Below are positions 63,449 to 64,000 of a DNA stretch of 64,000 bases, in pieces (the stretch's first letter is position 1; every line of letters starts with the position of its first letter). The notes below the pieces were generated by a model. That model saw only the letters and a list, made by a program, of their open reading frames with translations. It had not been told where the DNA came from and made no database searches. This DNA comes from Lama guanicoe (lineage: Eukaryota). A program made the position numbers and the translations under genes. The stretch covers positions 3,650,470-3,714,469 of the forward strand of contig MU053933.1 in NCBI GenBank assembly GCA_013239625.1, in the 5' to 3' direction.

Positions 63449-63481
63449 GTTGGGGAGAAAGTCTTTCCAATCTGGAGGTGA
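63449..63481 (+). CDS. PRMT2: PRMT2 terminal coding exon (VGEKVFPIWR*)
   Basis: Strong pyrimidine tract ending tttcag|; PRMT2 C-terminus, TGA at 63479-63481; spliced CDS totals 1305 nt. Confidence 0.96.
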   Translation, partial: VGEKVFPIWR

Positions 63482-63949
63482 CAGGGCAAACAAGCTCTGT
63501 CTGGAAGGCAGCGTGTGGTCCTGGAGGCTCGGACGTGACCAGCGAAGACGAACCCGGATGGGAACGTGTCCTGTGAGCCGCCACTTTCTCTCTGATGGAG
63601 TGACAACAGCCTTGCCCCGGGCTCCACGGGCTTGCCGTGTCACCGCCCTGTCCGTCCCTAGAAGTGGGCTGTGTGCCTAGTGTCCACCTGTGGGTAGCTA
63701 GTGGCACAGTGTCCCTGAGCTAGGTCTAGTTCTGAGCTCATAGGACACAGACGTCAACCCTGTCCTCCTGTGAAGGTGGCTGTTTGTGCACCGTGTGTCC
63801 ATGTGCTCTTCCTGCCCCTGGCCCAGCCGCCCAGCTGTGGGGGCGTGCGGGGCTGGAGGTGCAATGCATGCGATGCGGCTCTGCATGGGGTGGTCCGGCT
63901 GTAGCGACGTCTTCCAGACGAATTACGTGTTGGCACATAGTACATGCTC

Positions 63950-63968
63950 AATAAATTTTTTTAATAAA
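63950..63968 (+). terminator. PRMT2: PRMT2 poly(A) signals (AATAAA at 63950-63955 and 63963-63968)
   Basis: Two AATAAA hexamers about 470 nt after the stop codon. Confidence 0.7.
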
Positions 63969-64000
63969 TGAATGTTTCTGTGCACGTACAGTATTTTTTA

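Overview
Mammalian genomic DNA with the conserved DIP2A-S100B-PRMT2 block (syntenic with the distal end of human 21q). The window holds the last coding exons and 3' UTR of DIP2A (+), the complete S100B gene (-, 92 aa) and the complete PRMT2 coding sequence (+, ten coding exons, 1305 nt, 434 aa). Intergenic DNA and large introns are filled with L1 fragments (some nested), solo LTRs, an ancient ERVL pol remnant, Tigger/MER DNA transposons and tRNA-derived SINEs. The SINE and L1 3' end types suggest a cetartiodactyl, probably a camelid (inference). Most listed ORFs are chance frames in GC-rich or repeat DNA. I found no new multi-gene system. The best oddities are: a 206-bp inverted duplication copied from one LTR into a neighbouring LTR just upstream of the PRMT2 CpG island; a ~103-bp tandem duplication of the S100B core promoter inside a CpG-island-like region; a 30-nt in-frame DIP2A cassette exon; uORFs next to and overlapping the PRMT2 start codon; an apparently GC-converted DNA transposon; and an L2-derived PRMT2 poly(A) signal. 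Repeat family names and orthologue comparisons come from recalled sequences, not database searches.
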